64,000 nt of DNA from positions 32,001 to 96,000 of the IMG/VR virus record IMGVR_UViG_3300031707_002715. One strand, 5' to 3'. The DNA is from a virus. The position numbers and the translations under genes are program-made. Under the pieces are notes generated by a model. It was not told where the DNA came from. It made no database searches and saw only the letters and a program-made list of their open reading frames with translations. This document shows, one piece after another, positions 8,597 to 20,300 of this stretch (positions are counted from its first letter, which is position 1; every line of letters starts with the position of its first letter).

Positions 8597-10839
8597 ATCA
8601 GAATCAGTACAAACAACCAACAGTCGACACTGTTGCACCTGATGCTGTTATTTACATCGATGGCGATCGCACTATTAAATTGAAACGAATTAATACTAAT
8701 GGCCAAATAGTCGATGATGCTGTCGACTTTATGAACTTTGTTAGTAGCATCTCTGTGTCTAAAGGTATTGATCGTGTACCAGGCGAAGCATCAATATCAG
8801 TTAGGGCACCGAAATATATGTTTGACGGTATATATGGCTCTATAAAAAATGTATTGTCGACAATGTTGGAAGTTGAAATTTATATTAGGGGTCGTTTTTT
8901 AGTACAAGGCGAACCTCAATATTATCCGGTATTCTGGGGAATGATAACGAATCTTTCTGAGTCTGAAACTGCGGGTGATTTTATAACAACAACAATAACT
9001 TGCCAAGACATGATGAGGTGGTTACAAATTACGAGCGTCAACGTTCAACCGTCTGCATATAATTCAACGATGCCTCTCGATGCAAATGGTGAAACAGGAT
9101 TGAACAATCAAATGACTGCATTTGGAACATTTTTCGTAAAGACAAGCGCGCCGGGTATAATAGCAAATCTGTTGTCGTTATCTATAAATGAAAACTTTTT
9201 TGATTTTAAAAATATCACTGATAGAAGTGTAGCTATTGATAAAGCAATCATTGATTCTACTGTTAAATTTGATAATTTTAGAGATGCTAATGATCAATTA
9301 ATAAAGAAGTGGAATGAAAAATTTAGCGCGCTTTCGACTGCATTATATATTTACGGTTATAAAGGACCAGGACGAACAAACATAAATAATATAAAAGATA
9401 TTAGCATTGATTTAAGCGCGTATTCATATATTTATGGCACTCGAGTCATCACTGTTAAAAAAGTAGATAGCAATGGAAATGTCATTGCCACTGAGACACA
9501 AAAAACAGATATGCCGCGGATAGACATTTCAGTGCTATATCCAGAGGGAGCAGAGGCATTTAACACTGCGTCAGCACCAATATTTGTATCGAATTTACAA
9601 AATAGATTAGAAGTCGCGAACAATGCAAAAGAGCAAATGCATTTTGAATTTTTTCAAGATGTTGATGGCACTGTTGTATTGAAACCACAATTTTATAACA
9701 TTGATACTAGAAGCAATCCTATATACGTTATAGAAGATATTGATATCGAAAATATAAACATAGTCGAAGATGAAAGTCAAGTGTGGACTAGAATTGACGT
9801 GCAAGGCACGCCGACAAATGGGTTTCTTTATAGTCAAGGACCAGACACAGCTAATTCATATCATGGATTTGCAATTGCTTTTGATAAATTAGAAAAATAT
9901 GGATTACGACAACAGACAATTAATACAAATTTTCTTACAAGTGTAGAAAATGTTTATTTGTATGCTAGACGTGAACTTAGCAGACGAAACAGTTTAGTAG
10001 TCAACGGATCGATTTCTATTGAAGGGCGGCCAGAATTAAAATTAGGTTATCCAGTATACCTTCCTGGAAAAGATGCATTTTATTATGTTACAGGGATCGA
10101 CCACGAATTTACATTTGGTGAATCTTTTACGACTAGATTAACAGTTACAGCTATAAGACAGAAAAAACGAGATGCGCTAGGCGAAATTCTCAAAAATTTA
10201 TATACTAAAACTGACGGCACGTCATCTACCCAAAATAATATCGCAGGTAAAGACGTGTCGTCTGATGCTGATAATATAATGAAAAATATTTCAAAACTTT
10301 GCGATCCATCACAGTCTGTAACTTTTACTGCCCAGCGACCAGTTTATAAATATAAAACGCTTGATGATATTTTGCAATATCAAGGTACATTTAGATTTAT
10401 TTACAATGGGAGCGATCAGCAATCATCAGATCCTCGAATATATCAGCAGGTCACAGATAAAGAAGGGTACATATTGAATGGTGAAGGTTTTCCATTTGGT
10501 AGAGATTTATCATTAACTGAAGATTTTCGTATAGTAGTTTCAGATGCGACCCAAAAATCAGGCACTGAAATTGCATCATCAATGACGTTGATGACAGCAA
10601 CGGGCAGTCAAAAGAGCGTGTTAAGTTTTCAACAACCATTAACGCTCAACCAAGTTGAAGACGTTAGAATATTAAAAGGATTAGGAAATAGATCAGCATC
10701 TAGTATTGCAGCTGCAATGCAACCATCGTCAGAGTCGACTGAAGCACTTAGTAAGCAATCTTTAACATCTTCGACGCTCGATGCTAATCAGGTATCATTT
10801 GGTAAAGCTAAGAAAGTACCGTCAACGACTGGGAAATAA
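8593..10839 (+). CDS. Baseplate hub protein (gp27/late control D-like)
   Basis: 'FEFFQDVDGTVVLKPQFYN' and 'GSISIEGRPELKLGYPVY...YYVTGIDHEF..G..FTTRLTV'. Confidence 0.8.
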   Translation: MNQNQYKQPTVDTVAPDAVIYIDGDRTIKLKRINTNGQIVDDAVDFMNFVSSISVSKGIDRVPGEASISVRAPKYMFDGIYGSIKNVLSTMLEVEIYIRGRFLVQGEPQYYPVFWGMITNLSESETAGDFITTTITCQDMMRWLQITSVNVQPSAYNSTMPLDANGETGLNNQMTAFGTFFVKTSAPGIIANLLSLSINENFFDFKNITDRSVAIDKAIIDSTVKFDNFRDANDQLIKKWNEKFSALSTALYIYGYKGPGRTNINNIKDISIDLSAYSYIYGTRVITVKKVDSNGNVIATETQKTDMPRIDISVLYPEGAEAFNTASAPIFVSNLQNRLEVANNAKEQMHFEFFQDVDGTVVLKPQFYNIDTRSNPIYVIEDIDIENINIVEDESQVWTRIDVQGTPTNGFLYSQGPDTANSYHGFAIAFDKLEKYGLRQQTINTNFLTSVENVYLYARRELSRRNSLVVNGSISIEGRPELKLGYPVYLPGKDAFYYVTGIDHEFTFGESFTTRLTVTAIRQKKRDALGEILKNLYTKTDGTSSTQNNIAGKDVSSDADNIMKNISKLCDPSQSVTFTAQRPVYKYKTLDDILQYQGTFRFIYNGSDQQSSDPRIYQQVTDKEGYILNGEGFPFGRDLSLTEDFRIVVSDATQKSGTEIASSMTLMTATGSQKSVLSFQQPLTLNQVEDVRILKGLGNRSASSIAAAMQPSSESTEALSKQSLTSSTLDANQVSFGKAKKVPSTTGK

Positions 10840-10841
10840 AT

Positions 10842-12941
10842 ATGGCGCCTCAAAAAGCATTTGTGCAAAAAGGAGATGACCCTTCATTAGGTCAATATGT
10901 AGATTTTTACAAATTTCTACAAATTGGTCGTATTATTAGGGTCGACAATGAACGTAATTTAGTCGATATTCAATTTGGATCTAACCCTATATTGTCTCAT
11001 GGCGTGCCGATAACTAATCCGTTATTTACTGGTCGAGCATTTATTGGCGGTATGCCCGAAGAAGGATCGATTGTCGTCTGTGGTTTCATAAAATTAACAA
11101 ATAAAATCGGGACGCCAATAATACTCGCTTATCTAGATAATGAATATTATAGGGCATTAAATTACATTTATAATAATGGTAAGACAACAGATGATATTAG
11201 AGATTTAACTAGTATACACGATAAAATTGGCTGGAATGTACGGCGACTTAAAAAGAGAAAGCAATATCCGGGCGATGTTAGCTTTGAGTCTACTCACGGA
11301 TCAGAGGTTTTTCTCGATGATAGTATCCTCATTTCAGATTCAAAACTTAATGAGATATTATTCTCGAGTCCAGATCGTACTATATACAGTAATTCTATTA
11401 ATAATCGTATCTATACTAATGCTGCTAGGATAATAAATGGTCTCATTACTCGTCAATTTGCTCCAGCGATTGAACCAGTATTAATGGACAATGGTAAGCC
11501 GTTGTACATAGTCACTGACGGTCAATCTGTTGATGAAAATGGTAAGGCATTTACTGAATTAAGAACAGAAGTTAGAGAAGTCGCAAATGCTGTTTTGGAC
11601 GTTATTGAGTCTTATGATTATCGCGATTTTGCAGACGACACGTCTAAAGGTCGATTATTAGTTACACAGTTATTAGGTACCTTAGTAGGTAATGAGCAAA
11701 GCGTGATTGAAAAATATGGTAAGATTTTAAGACCACAAATATTCACCGGCGAAGGTCGAATTGTTGTCGATGATATAACTTGCAAGGCTAATGAGTTTTA
11801 TAATCTAGCATCAGCGTATCAATTAAAATTTGCTAGTAGTACGAAATTCGATGTTGATAAAGAAGGGCATACGTTTATTCATTTAGCTGGGTCATCTGCA
11901 TTACATCCGCTGGGCGCAAATAGATCGTTAGAATTTGCAGCTGATGGTAGTATTAAGTTATCAATTGGAAAAGAAAATGTCGGTGGTAAATCAGTAGAAT
12001 TAGATACTGTCGGTAAAGTTAAAATGAATTTTGGTTCAGATAAAGCATCGTTAAAAAGTTGCGAATGGGTACTAGATAGGTCATTACATATAACTGTTAA
12101 CGCACCTAATGCTGATGGTAATGCTAAGACAGAAGAATATTTTGGTAATGTAAGCGAATCAGTGCATGGTGATAAAAATACGACAGTTGATGGGTCGTAC
12201 CATTTGATTGTTAAGGGTAAAATTCAAGAAGATATTCATGGGGCAAAAATCGAGAATTATATAAATGATAAGATGACAAATTACGGTGGAGATTATCAAG
12301 AAATCGTCATTAAACAGAAACAAAGTAAGTTGGGTGAGGGTTTAAGGACAGATATTGCTACAAAAGGTGATGAGTTAATCATAACTGAAGGTAGTAAAAA
12401 AGAGACGTTAACATTAGGTAGTAAAGAAGTTACTATTGTCGCAGGTGATAGCAAAGAGACATTGTCATTAGGCAATAAAGAGACGACAGTCTTGGCGGGC
12501 AATATTAAAGAATCGATTACGAAAGGTAATAAAGAAGAAAGCATCGTTTTAGGAGATCATAAAATCGATGTTGTTACAGGCAATATAACAGAAAATGTTA
12601 AGTTGGGTGATAGTAAGGAAGACATTGCTTCTGGGAGTAAGACGATAACGATTAAATTAGGTAATTTTGAAGTTACTATTACGACAGGTAATATAACGAT
12701 AAAATCAACACTCGGAACTATCAATATGAGCTCTGACACACAAAAAGTCACAATAAATGGAATGGTTGGAGTAGATATAATTAGTGCAGCTACAATAAAT
12801 GTCCAAGCGCCTCTAGTAAAAATCGGCGGAATGCCAGCACAGGGAGGTATTGTTTCTGGGTTACCGGGAATACCATCACACTTAGATTATATTTGTGGCA
12901 TTCCATTAATGGGCTCAAAGACAGTGAGTGTTATGTCATAA
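10842..12941 (+). CDS. Baseplate central spike (gp5/gpV/VgrG-like)
   Basis: N-terminal OB-fold motif 'GRIIRVD...GGMPEEGSIVVCGF', C-terminal Gly-periodic beta-helix repeats and a His/Cys tip. Confidence 0.8.
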   Translation: MAPQKAFVQKGDDPSLGQYVDFYKFLQIGRIIRVDNERNLVDIQFGSNPILSHGVPITNPLFTGRAFIGGMPEEGSIVVCGFIKLTNKIGTPIILAYLDNEYYRALNYIYNNGKTTDDIRDLTSIHDKIGWNVRRLKKRKQYPGDVSFESTHGSEVFLDDSILISDSKLNEILFSSPDRTIYSNSINNRIYTNAARIINGLITRQFAPAIEPVLMDNGKPLYIVTDGQSVDENGKAFTELRTEVREVANAVLDVIESYDYRDFADDTSKGRLLVTQLLGTLVGNEQSVIEKYGKILRPQIFTGEGRIVVDDITCKANEFYNLASAYQLKFASSTKFDVDKEGHTFIHLAGSSALHPLGANRSLEFAADGSIKLSIGKENVGGKSVELDTVGKVKMNFGSDKASLKSCEWVLDRSLHITVNAPNADGNAKTEEYFGNVSESVHGDKNTTVDGSYHLIVKGKIQEDIHGAKIENYINDKMTNYGGDYQEIVIKQKQSKLGEGLRTDIATKGDELIITEGSKKETLTLGSKEVTIVAGDSKETLSLGNKETTVLAGNIKESITKGNKEESIVLGDHKIDVVTGNITENVKLGDSKEDIASGSKTITIKLGNFEVTITTGNITIKSTLGTINMSSDTQKVTINGMVGVDIISAATINVQAPLVKIGGMPAQGGIVSGLPGIPSHLDYICGIPLMGSKTVSVMS

Positions 12942-12955
12942 TATAAAGAGGAATC

Positions 12956-13573
12956 ATGCCAATTTCTGGTCCTATTCTTGCGCAATTAATATACGCTGAA
13001 ATGTTAAGTGCCGGTATGACAGGTCAATATACATTTAAGATGGCTCAAGCAGTCGGTAATGGTGTCATAATTACTGTCTTATCATCGGCTGTTTATAATG
13101 GTATATCTACAGGATTTGCAATAGGTGCTGGCACATCAGTTGGCACATTATCGGGATCGATCGTAATCGGTAAAACTGTTGGATCATTGATTTTTACATC
13201 AATGACGTCGTTGGGTTTAGTGGGTCAAAAGTCGCAACAATTTGCAGGTGCAATAGGGAATGCTGTCGCAAATCATATGTCGATGGCCATAGTTCAAGGT
13301 GCGTCTGTGCCTGTAGCTATTGGTAGTGGTACAGGAATTATTTCTGGTGTTGTCGTGCCGTTAATGACAAATAATATATTGATGCAAATGTCAATGATGG
13401 GTTTCACGGGTCAAAAGATTTTTCAATTAGCGCAAGGCATTTCGATCGGAGTTTGCACTGCGATTCAAATGTCGGTAGCGACAACATCGATTACAGGTAT
13501 AGCTATAGGCACAGTACCACCAGCACTTCCACCGATACCGATGTCTGGAACAGATACTGGTAAAATCGTATAG
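12956..13573 (+). CDS. Gly/Ala-rich hydrophobic virion protein with three internal repeats
   Basis: Three 'G(M/L/F)xGQ....A.A(V/I)...V'-like units and almost no charged residues; directly after the spike. Confidence 0.55.
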   Translation: MPISGPILAQLIYAEMLSAGMTGQYTFKMAQAVGNGVIITVLSSAVYNGISTGFAIGAGTSVGTLSGSIVIGKTVGSLIFTSMTSLGLVGQKSQQFAGAIGNAVANHMSMAIVQGASVPVAIGSGTGIISGVVVPLMTNNILMQMSMMGFTGQKIFQLAQGISIGVCTAIQMSVATTSITGIAIGTVPPALPPIPMSGTDTGKIV

Positions 13574-13581
13574 GAGAAAAA

Positions 13582-16500
13582 ATGCCGCAGTTAACTGAAC
13601 GTGATAGAGGACTATTACAGAATCAGATTAACGATTTGCAAAGCAGTAATCAACAATTACAAGACGGCATTGTGTCCGATACGAATCAATTAAACACATT
13701 GACGTTGACAGATATTGTATCGAAAAAATTTTTAGATGAAAAACACGCATATATTTATGCATTAGAAGAAGAAAGACGATTATTATCAGGTAAAACAATA
13801 ATAGCACCAGTTCAAGAAGCTGCTTTTTGGATAACGACGCCGGAACAAAACGTTAGTGTCACAGTTAATGATGGTCGATTTGTTGCTAAAAAGAATGATA
13901 TTACATTTGTCGATGTGCCGATAATACCATCAAGGGCATATAATGTTTCTAAATCTGTCGGTCTAGATTTTGAAATTTGGACTCGAGATAGACACGGATC
14001 GACGACGTCTGAGAAAAATGTTCCATCGTCGTATACAATTCATTCAGGCAATAATAAATTAGTTATTATTATTGACGGCAATACTGCTGATGTAAAAATA
14101 TTTGAAGACATTTTAGTAGACCAACAATCAATAGTCATTGATGCTATGGTACTATCTGCTAAAATTAAAGAGGGATTAGAACTTGTAGGTTTCACTAACG
14201 CGCAGTGTTTTTATAATTCTAGCATTGCTACTTTTACAATTGCATCAGGCACTATGGGACCGACTTCTACTGCTGAAGTCGTAACGTCGACAAATCTGAC
14301 AGATTTGTCAAATTTAATGAAGTTTACTAATAATCAGGTAATGGTTGCAGGTAAGTATGCTAATAATAAGTTAAATGTAAAAATTGATGGTCAAACACAA
14401 CAAATCCAGTTGATAACTGATATTAGAAAAGCGACGCAGAGTTCATTGGGTTTAGCAATTGATGATTATAGTGTTGATTGGCGCCAGGATTTTAGTGATG
14501 GACCGATGTTTCCAGCACAACCGAATAATGGTCCAAAAATCGCGATAACGATACAGAATAAATTAAGAGAAGTAGGGTCCGGTGGGTTTACGACAGCTGA
14601 ATGCGTTTATTATACAAATAGTCAAAAATTTGTAATTTATTCAGGCACTTTTGGTCATACTTCTTCTGTTGAAATATTACCGGCTGATGATATTAACAGA
14701 GATTTACGACCGTTTATCGGCATGGACGCACCGACAGATGTTAAAAATAACGAAACATCTTACGAGACTCTTCAAGATCTTTATAATTATCTTAATCAAA
14801 AAACGTGTTTGCAATGTACTAATTTATTAAATCCGATATATAAATGTTATTCATTATTGTCGATTAACAATATCGCAATTTCAAATCGACAATTAATTTT
14901 ACAAACTACATCTGAATATTATGCTGCTCATAATTCATTGCCAAAGTTATATGGTAATAAATTACGAGTAGATAATACAAATGACAAATTTGATTTAAAT
15001 GAGGGTTCAGGTGTGATTACTGTGACACTAGTACACGGCAATTATGCAGAGTCTGAATTAGCAGAAGCATTGCAAGATTTGTTAAATATTGGTAGTAATG
15101 TATATACTATATTGTATAAAAAATCGACGTTTAAAATAACGGCTACTAGTAATTTTACACCGTTATTTAATTCGGGACCGAATAAATCAAGGAATATATC
15201 CGTATGTATGGGATTTGCAAATTTTGTTGACCCGCCAGCGGGTAAAACATTTACAAGTAATATTGTATCATTTTCTGGGCCTGATTTTTTCAGTATGGCA
15301 TCAATACCTCAATTAGTACCGATGTCATATTTCAATAATCAACCGCCGTATTATTATGTGTCTGTGACAGAACAGGCAATGACAATGAATGAGTTGATAT
15401 ATTTACAAACAGAAGATAATAGTGGCACGGGCTTAATCAATTTGATTAAGGCACAGAATGACATTTATAATGAAGCAAATATTATCGCCTGGGAGAATGT
15501 AGCGACTGAAGAATTAATTATCGTAAATGAATTAATTGAAAATGTCCAGTTGCAGATAACTGCATATAGTTCTGTCAGCATGACTGATGCAAATTATAAT
15601 AATTTAGTAAATGAACTAAATAGTTTGACAGTTAATAAAAACAGTCTGATTCAATATTTGTCGTCTCACGATTATTTATTAAATTTACGCATAAGCAGCG
15701 CTTCTTATATATTTGGCGCTGTGTTTACTGAAGGCGGGACAGAACAGTTGCAAGTATTATTTCTAGCGCCAAATAACGATAGAATATATAATTTACCGGC
15801 AATTGAATTTAGATATGCCGATAATAAGTATATACCAATGAATAATGCGAGTCTTATTTATAGCAATAACGTATTATTTGAGCTTTTTATTCAGACGGCA
15901 TTTAGTATTAAGAGTAATGTGACAAATGCTTTTGGTCATGCTATAATAGATACAAAGTTAACAATAACTGATACATATATTTCTAGTGTAGTATATTGGT
16001 CTGGCGGTGATGCTGAACATTTTCATTATGATTTTTCGACGTATCCTACTATTAAACAGATATTTGATGTCATAGTTAACGATTATCCGACAGATTATAC
16101 TACGACGTTAGGTTTAGCAATGTTATGGTCAAAAAAGCCAGAAACGTTCTTAATTAATAATGGTGAACAGTTTCAAATTAAAGTTGCTACCGGTCCAACG
16201 CAAACTATTACTTTTTCAGTCTTTCCGGCGATTTTATCGTCTGGTGCATCTCCATCTATAGCAGCCATTGTCGGTGACACGTTGACGTTATCTATTAATG
16301 GTGAACCTGCGATTACAATAGCATTTCCGATGTCTACAAATTCGGGAACTGAAACTGCAGCAATGTTACAATCTTTAGTTAGAGCATCGATTGCTGCTAG
16401 CGTAAATAATCAATTAGGCTATTCTAATTTTACTTGTGCGTATTCTGGTGTTTATACGTTAATGTGTGGTACATCTGGTGTAGGTTCATCTATTAACGTG

Positions 16501-17166
16501 CTTGGTGGGACGTTATCTACCAAATTAGTATTAACAGGATCTGTGTCTGGTTCGGGCGCAGTTAGTAATAATACTGCGATTACTACTGCCACTATGGTTT
16601 CGCTTTTATCAAGTTTCACAGGTGTCACAGTTTCAAGCGATAATTTGTTTTTAAAATTTACGGCTAATAATGCTGGTGATAAAATAGAAATTATTTCAAA
16701 TACATTAACGAATAGAGTCGGATTTTCAAGCGGCAATTTAATAAGCGATCCAGTTACAGAATTGGCAAGCGTCAATTGCACATCGATGCAAAATGTGAGC
16801 AATCAATCGATTCAATTAGCACCATTTAATGTGCTCCGGGGTTATGAAAATCGAGGAAATATAACTGCTAATTTTACTATAACAGATAATGTACGATTAA
16901 ATGCAAGATTAAATGACGTCGTCATTAGAGAATCATCTATTACGACCAGACTGTCGCAGATGACTAGTAGGATACCCGCTATCGAATCATTGTTAACGGC
17001 TACAATATATACGGATAGATGGAATGAAGTCATCAAACGATTAAATAAGAAAACGGGATCGTATTATAAAGTTGGCGAGAAGGAACAGAATATTATAAAT
17101 GAACAAAATATGATAACTGAAAATAATACTAAAATAGCTGAATTACAAGCAATGTTAGGAGTTTAA
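13582..17166 (+). CDS. Large virion/baseplate protein with terminal coiled coils and repeated beta domains
   Basis: 1194 aa; RBS AGGAG; repeated 'G(F/Y)...C.Y.....(F/Y).(I/L)..GT.G..S...(V/I)' units. Confidence 0.55.
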   Translation: MPQLTERDRGLLQNQINDLQSSNQQLQDGIVSDTNQLNTLTLTDIVSKKFLDEKHAYIYALEEERRLLSGKTIIAPVQEAAFWITTPEQNVSVTVNDGRFVAKKNDITFVDVPIIPSRAYNVSKSVGLDFEIWTRDRHGSTTSEKNVPSSYTIHSGNNKLVIIIDGNTADVKIFEDILVDQQSIVIDAMVLSAKIKEGLELVGFTNAQCFYNSSIATFTIASGTMGPTSTAEVVTSTNLTDLSNLMKFTNNQVMVAGKYANNKLNVKIDGQTQQIQLITDIRKATQSSLGLAIDDYSVDWRQDFSDGPMFPAQPNNGPKIAITIQNKLREVGSGGFTTAECVYYTNSQKFVIYSGTFGHTSSVEILPADDINRDLRPFIGMDAPTDVKNNETSYETLQDLYNYLNQKTCLQCTNLLNPIYKCYSLLSINNIAISNRQLILQTTSEYYAAHNSLPKLYGNKLRVDNTNDKFDLNEGSGVITVTLVHGNYAESELAEALQDLLNIGSNVYTILYKKSTFKITATSNFTPLFNSGPNKSRNISVCMGFANFVDPPAGKTFTSNIVSFSGPDFFSMASIPQLVPMSYFNNQPPYYYVSVTEQAMTMNELIYLQTEDNSGTGLINLIKAQNDIYNEANIIAWENVATEELIIVNELIENVQLQITAYSSVSMTDANYNNLVNELNSLTVNKNSLIQYLSSHDYLLNLRISSASYIFGAVFTEGGTEQLQVLFLAPNNDRIYNLPAIEFRYADNKYIPMNNASLIYSNNVLFELFIQTAFSIKSNVTNAFGHAIIDTKLTITDTYISSVVYWSGGDAEHFHYDFSTYPTIKQIFDVIVNDYPTDYTTTLGLAMLWSKKPETFLINNGEQFQIKVATGPTQTITFSVFPAILSSGASPSIAAIVGDTLTLSINGEPAITIAFPMSTNSGTETAAMLQSLVRASIAASVNNQLGYSNFTCAYSGVYTLMCGTSGVGSSINVLGGTLSTKLVLTGSVSGSGAVSNNTAITTATMVSLLSSFTGVTVSSDNLFLKFTANNAGDKIEIISNTLTNRVGFSSGNLISDPVTELASVNCTSMQNVSNQSIQLAPFNVLRGYENRGNITANFTITDNVRLNARLNDVVIRESSITTRLSQMTSRIPAIESLLTATIYTDRWNEVIKRLNKKTGSYYKVGEKEQNIINEQNMITENNTKIAELQAMLGV

Positions 17167-17168
17167 TT

Positions 17169-17375
17169 ATGTCTGAACAGATTAAATGGGAGAAAACTAA
17201 TAGTATTGGTTTTCAAAATATTTTGCAACCCATTCTTGTTGGATTAAAAGAAGCATTAGAACATGAAAAAAGTGAATTAGTGCATAAACTAAGTAATTTG
17301 AAGCGTCTCGGAGTAATACAAATGAATAAAATAGAGCTCGATAAGAAACTTGATGAAATGAGAACAATCAAATGA
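17169..17375 (+). CDS. Small hypothetical tail-module protein
   Basis: 68 aa, coupled to the next gene by an ATGA overlap. Confidence 0.55.
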   Translation: MSEQIKWEKTNSIGFQNILQPILVGLKEALEHEKSELVHKLSNLKRLGVIQMNKIELDKKLDEMRTIK

Positions 17376-20300
17376 TTCAATTATCATCATCAATATTAGA
17401 CTTTGGCTCATTATCTAAGGGTCAGACATCGACTAGACAGGTAACGATTTATAATATTAGTGCTAGCAGCGTTAATATTACAAATATAATAAGTTCTAGT
17501 TCGGATTATGAAATAGCACCGTTAGCATTTTCTATCGATGCTAATAGTTCGAAAAATATATCAATCAAATATACTGCAAATGATATATTATTTGCTATAG
17601 GTACTATTTCTGTCTCTAACACTGCAGGTCCTGATGAAGTGATTAATACGACTGCGAATATTTTAGAACCAATAGTGATTTTAATTACAAGCCCGCTAAA
17701 TTTTCCGAAATTAAGTATCGATGATTCTTTAACGTTATCGAAGAACATTGGTAATTCTGCATCAAATGGATCACAATTAATTGCTAACGTATTATCGATA
17801 GATTCTAATTTTGTTGTGATGTCTCCTGTAATTATAGTCAATGCCGGTTCAACTGCTGATATCTTAATAAAGTTTTTGCCTACGACTGTCGGTATTAAGA
17901 GTGGGACGATAAATATTACGACGAATGATTCGATAGGTAGTTATTCTTTTAATGTTAACGGTGAAGCAGTGATTCCTACTTACACATTATCGAGCTCGTT
18001 TCTTAGTTTTGGGTCGGTACCTGTCAATGATTATAAGACGATGACATTTAGCGTTACAAATACTAGTATTGACGTGAATTTGATCATAAGTTCGGTAACG
18101 ATCGGTGATAGCGTGTTTTCAATAGACGTTTCTAGCGTCACTATTGCTCCTTTACAATCACAAATATTTACTGTGACATTTTTGCCATTGACATCTGAGA
18201 CTATATCTGGTTTAATAGCATTATCAAATAACACAGGCAGTGACATTAATGTAAACTATTCTGGCACCGGTTTAATTGTGCCAGCAATACAATTATTAAG
18301 TACTAACATCGATATCGGAATATACACTATTTTTATTAGTAAAACATTTGACATTACGATTCAAAATGTCGGCGTTGTTGATTTAGTAATAAACGATATT
18401 GTTTTTCCTATAATTAGTGGCACGATTTTCTCTTCGTCAATTTCTTATCCTTATATAGTTAATCGAGGTGATGAAGTAGTTGTAACTGTGACAGTTAATT
18501 CAAGTGTCGAAATCACATATTCCGGTATAATTTCAATTGTCAGTAACGCTTATAATAGTCCTCATGCCATTAATATAAGCGGCATCTCACAGTCAGCGTT
18601 AATAGTAGTCGACGTTGCCAGTTTAGATTTTGGTACGATTCAGGTAGGCGAACAAAAAATATTATCATTCGTGGTGAAAAACACTAGAGATGTAGATTTA
18701 TCGGTATTGATTAATGATATAAATGCATTTACTGTGTCCGAGAATAATTTTATAGTTTCTGGTCATAGTTCGCACACGATCAGCGTGACATTTACATTAG
18801 ACACTGTAGGTTCTGTAAGCGAAGTATTAACGATAATTTCTAATGATATTTTTAGTCCGACAGTCGCAGTAAACTTATTAGGATCTGCTGACGTTAACCA
18901 TTCATTCACATTGATACCTGACAAAATTACGAATAACTATATATCTAAAAGTATAACTAGCATTACTGAATTAACAATAATAAATAGAAGCTTATTGACA
19001 GCAACAATTGATAGTTTGACAGTCACTGATTTGCTGGGTGTTGCAACATATAGTATTACAGTTAACAATTTACCGGTAACGTTAGCTCCGGGTGAAGCTA
19101 CGATAGTCGACGTTTCATTACTGGCATCCACTGTTGGTAAAGTCGCAAGCGATCTTAAATTTAATACTCACGTTAGTGGTATTGCGACTTCAATTGTGAT
19201 TAGATATGAGGGTGAAATATTTGCACCGACAATTAATTTATCAGACGATAGTATCAATTTTGGTAGTGTAGCAGTCGGTGATACTAGTTTTGAAAATGTC
19301 ATTATCACGAATGATAACAGCAATGTTGATTTATCGGTAGAACTAACGTCAAATAACGATGCTTTTCATTTCAAGCAATCGGGCGAAGACGATAATTTAG
19401 TCGTATCGTATGTTAATTCAAAATATGTCGTCGACACTACTAAACAGGGATTAATACTAGATTCAGTGACTGTAGTCGATAGTTTAACGGGCGAACAATA
19501 TGCGTTAGGTGATCCTGCAAATGTAAATGAGTTCTCAGTAAATACAGACACCGGTGTGATAACTGTAAATTCTGTATTAAATAATAAATCGTTAAATGTT
19601 AGATACGATCACAAGTTGTCGACGCTTACACTTAATATACATGCTAATGCAAGTACTACAATAAGTATAGGATTTTCTCCACAAAGAACGGGAATACAAT
19701 TTGGTACAATAACAGTGTTATCTAATGATGATGTCAATCCGACGCTTATAATTAGTTTAGCTGGTGATGGCATACCCAACATAGCATCGATGATTCAAGA
19801 CAGCGCTTTAGTTAAATTTATAGCAAAAGTCGGTAAGTCTGTGTCACAAAAAGTCAAGCTTAAAAATACAGGGACTGTAAAATTATATGTTACTAGCGTG
19901 ACATGTGTATTACCATTTTCTGTTGCAAATAGTCAATATGGTATTGATCCTAATGAAACGTTTGACCTCGAAATAATATTTCAACCGACTAATGATTCTG
20001 ATATAAATCAAACTGTGACAGTCCATAGTAATGCTCCAGATTTAATTATACCGGTCAATGGTCAAGGCGCATATTCGCATATATTATTGCCGACTTCATT
20101 TGATTTCGGTGAATCGCCCATTAATATAAAAACTGATAAAATATTAACAGTTAGTAACACTGCAATTGTGAATTTAGATGTGCAATTACAAATTAATTCA
20201 GCTTATTTTTCTGTTACGCCATTAGATTTCACAATATTGGCCAATAGCACTTACGACGTTGTCGTTTCTTTTAAACCGACTGAAGAAATTACATATTCTA

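Noticed and set aside
14178-14187. 10-nt match (AGAACTTGTA) to the predicted guide of the third TnpB
   Set aside because: Too short; compatible with chance in 64 kb of AT-rich DNA.
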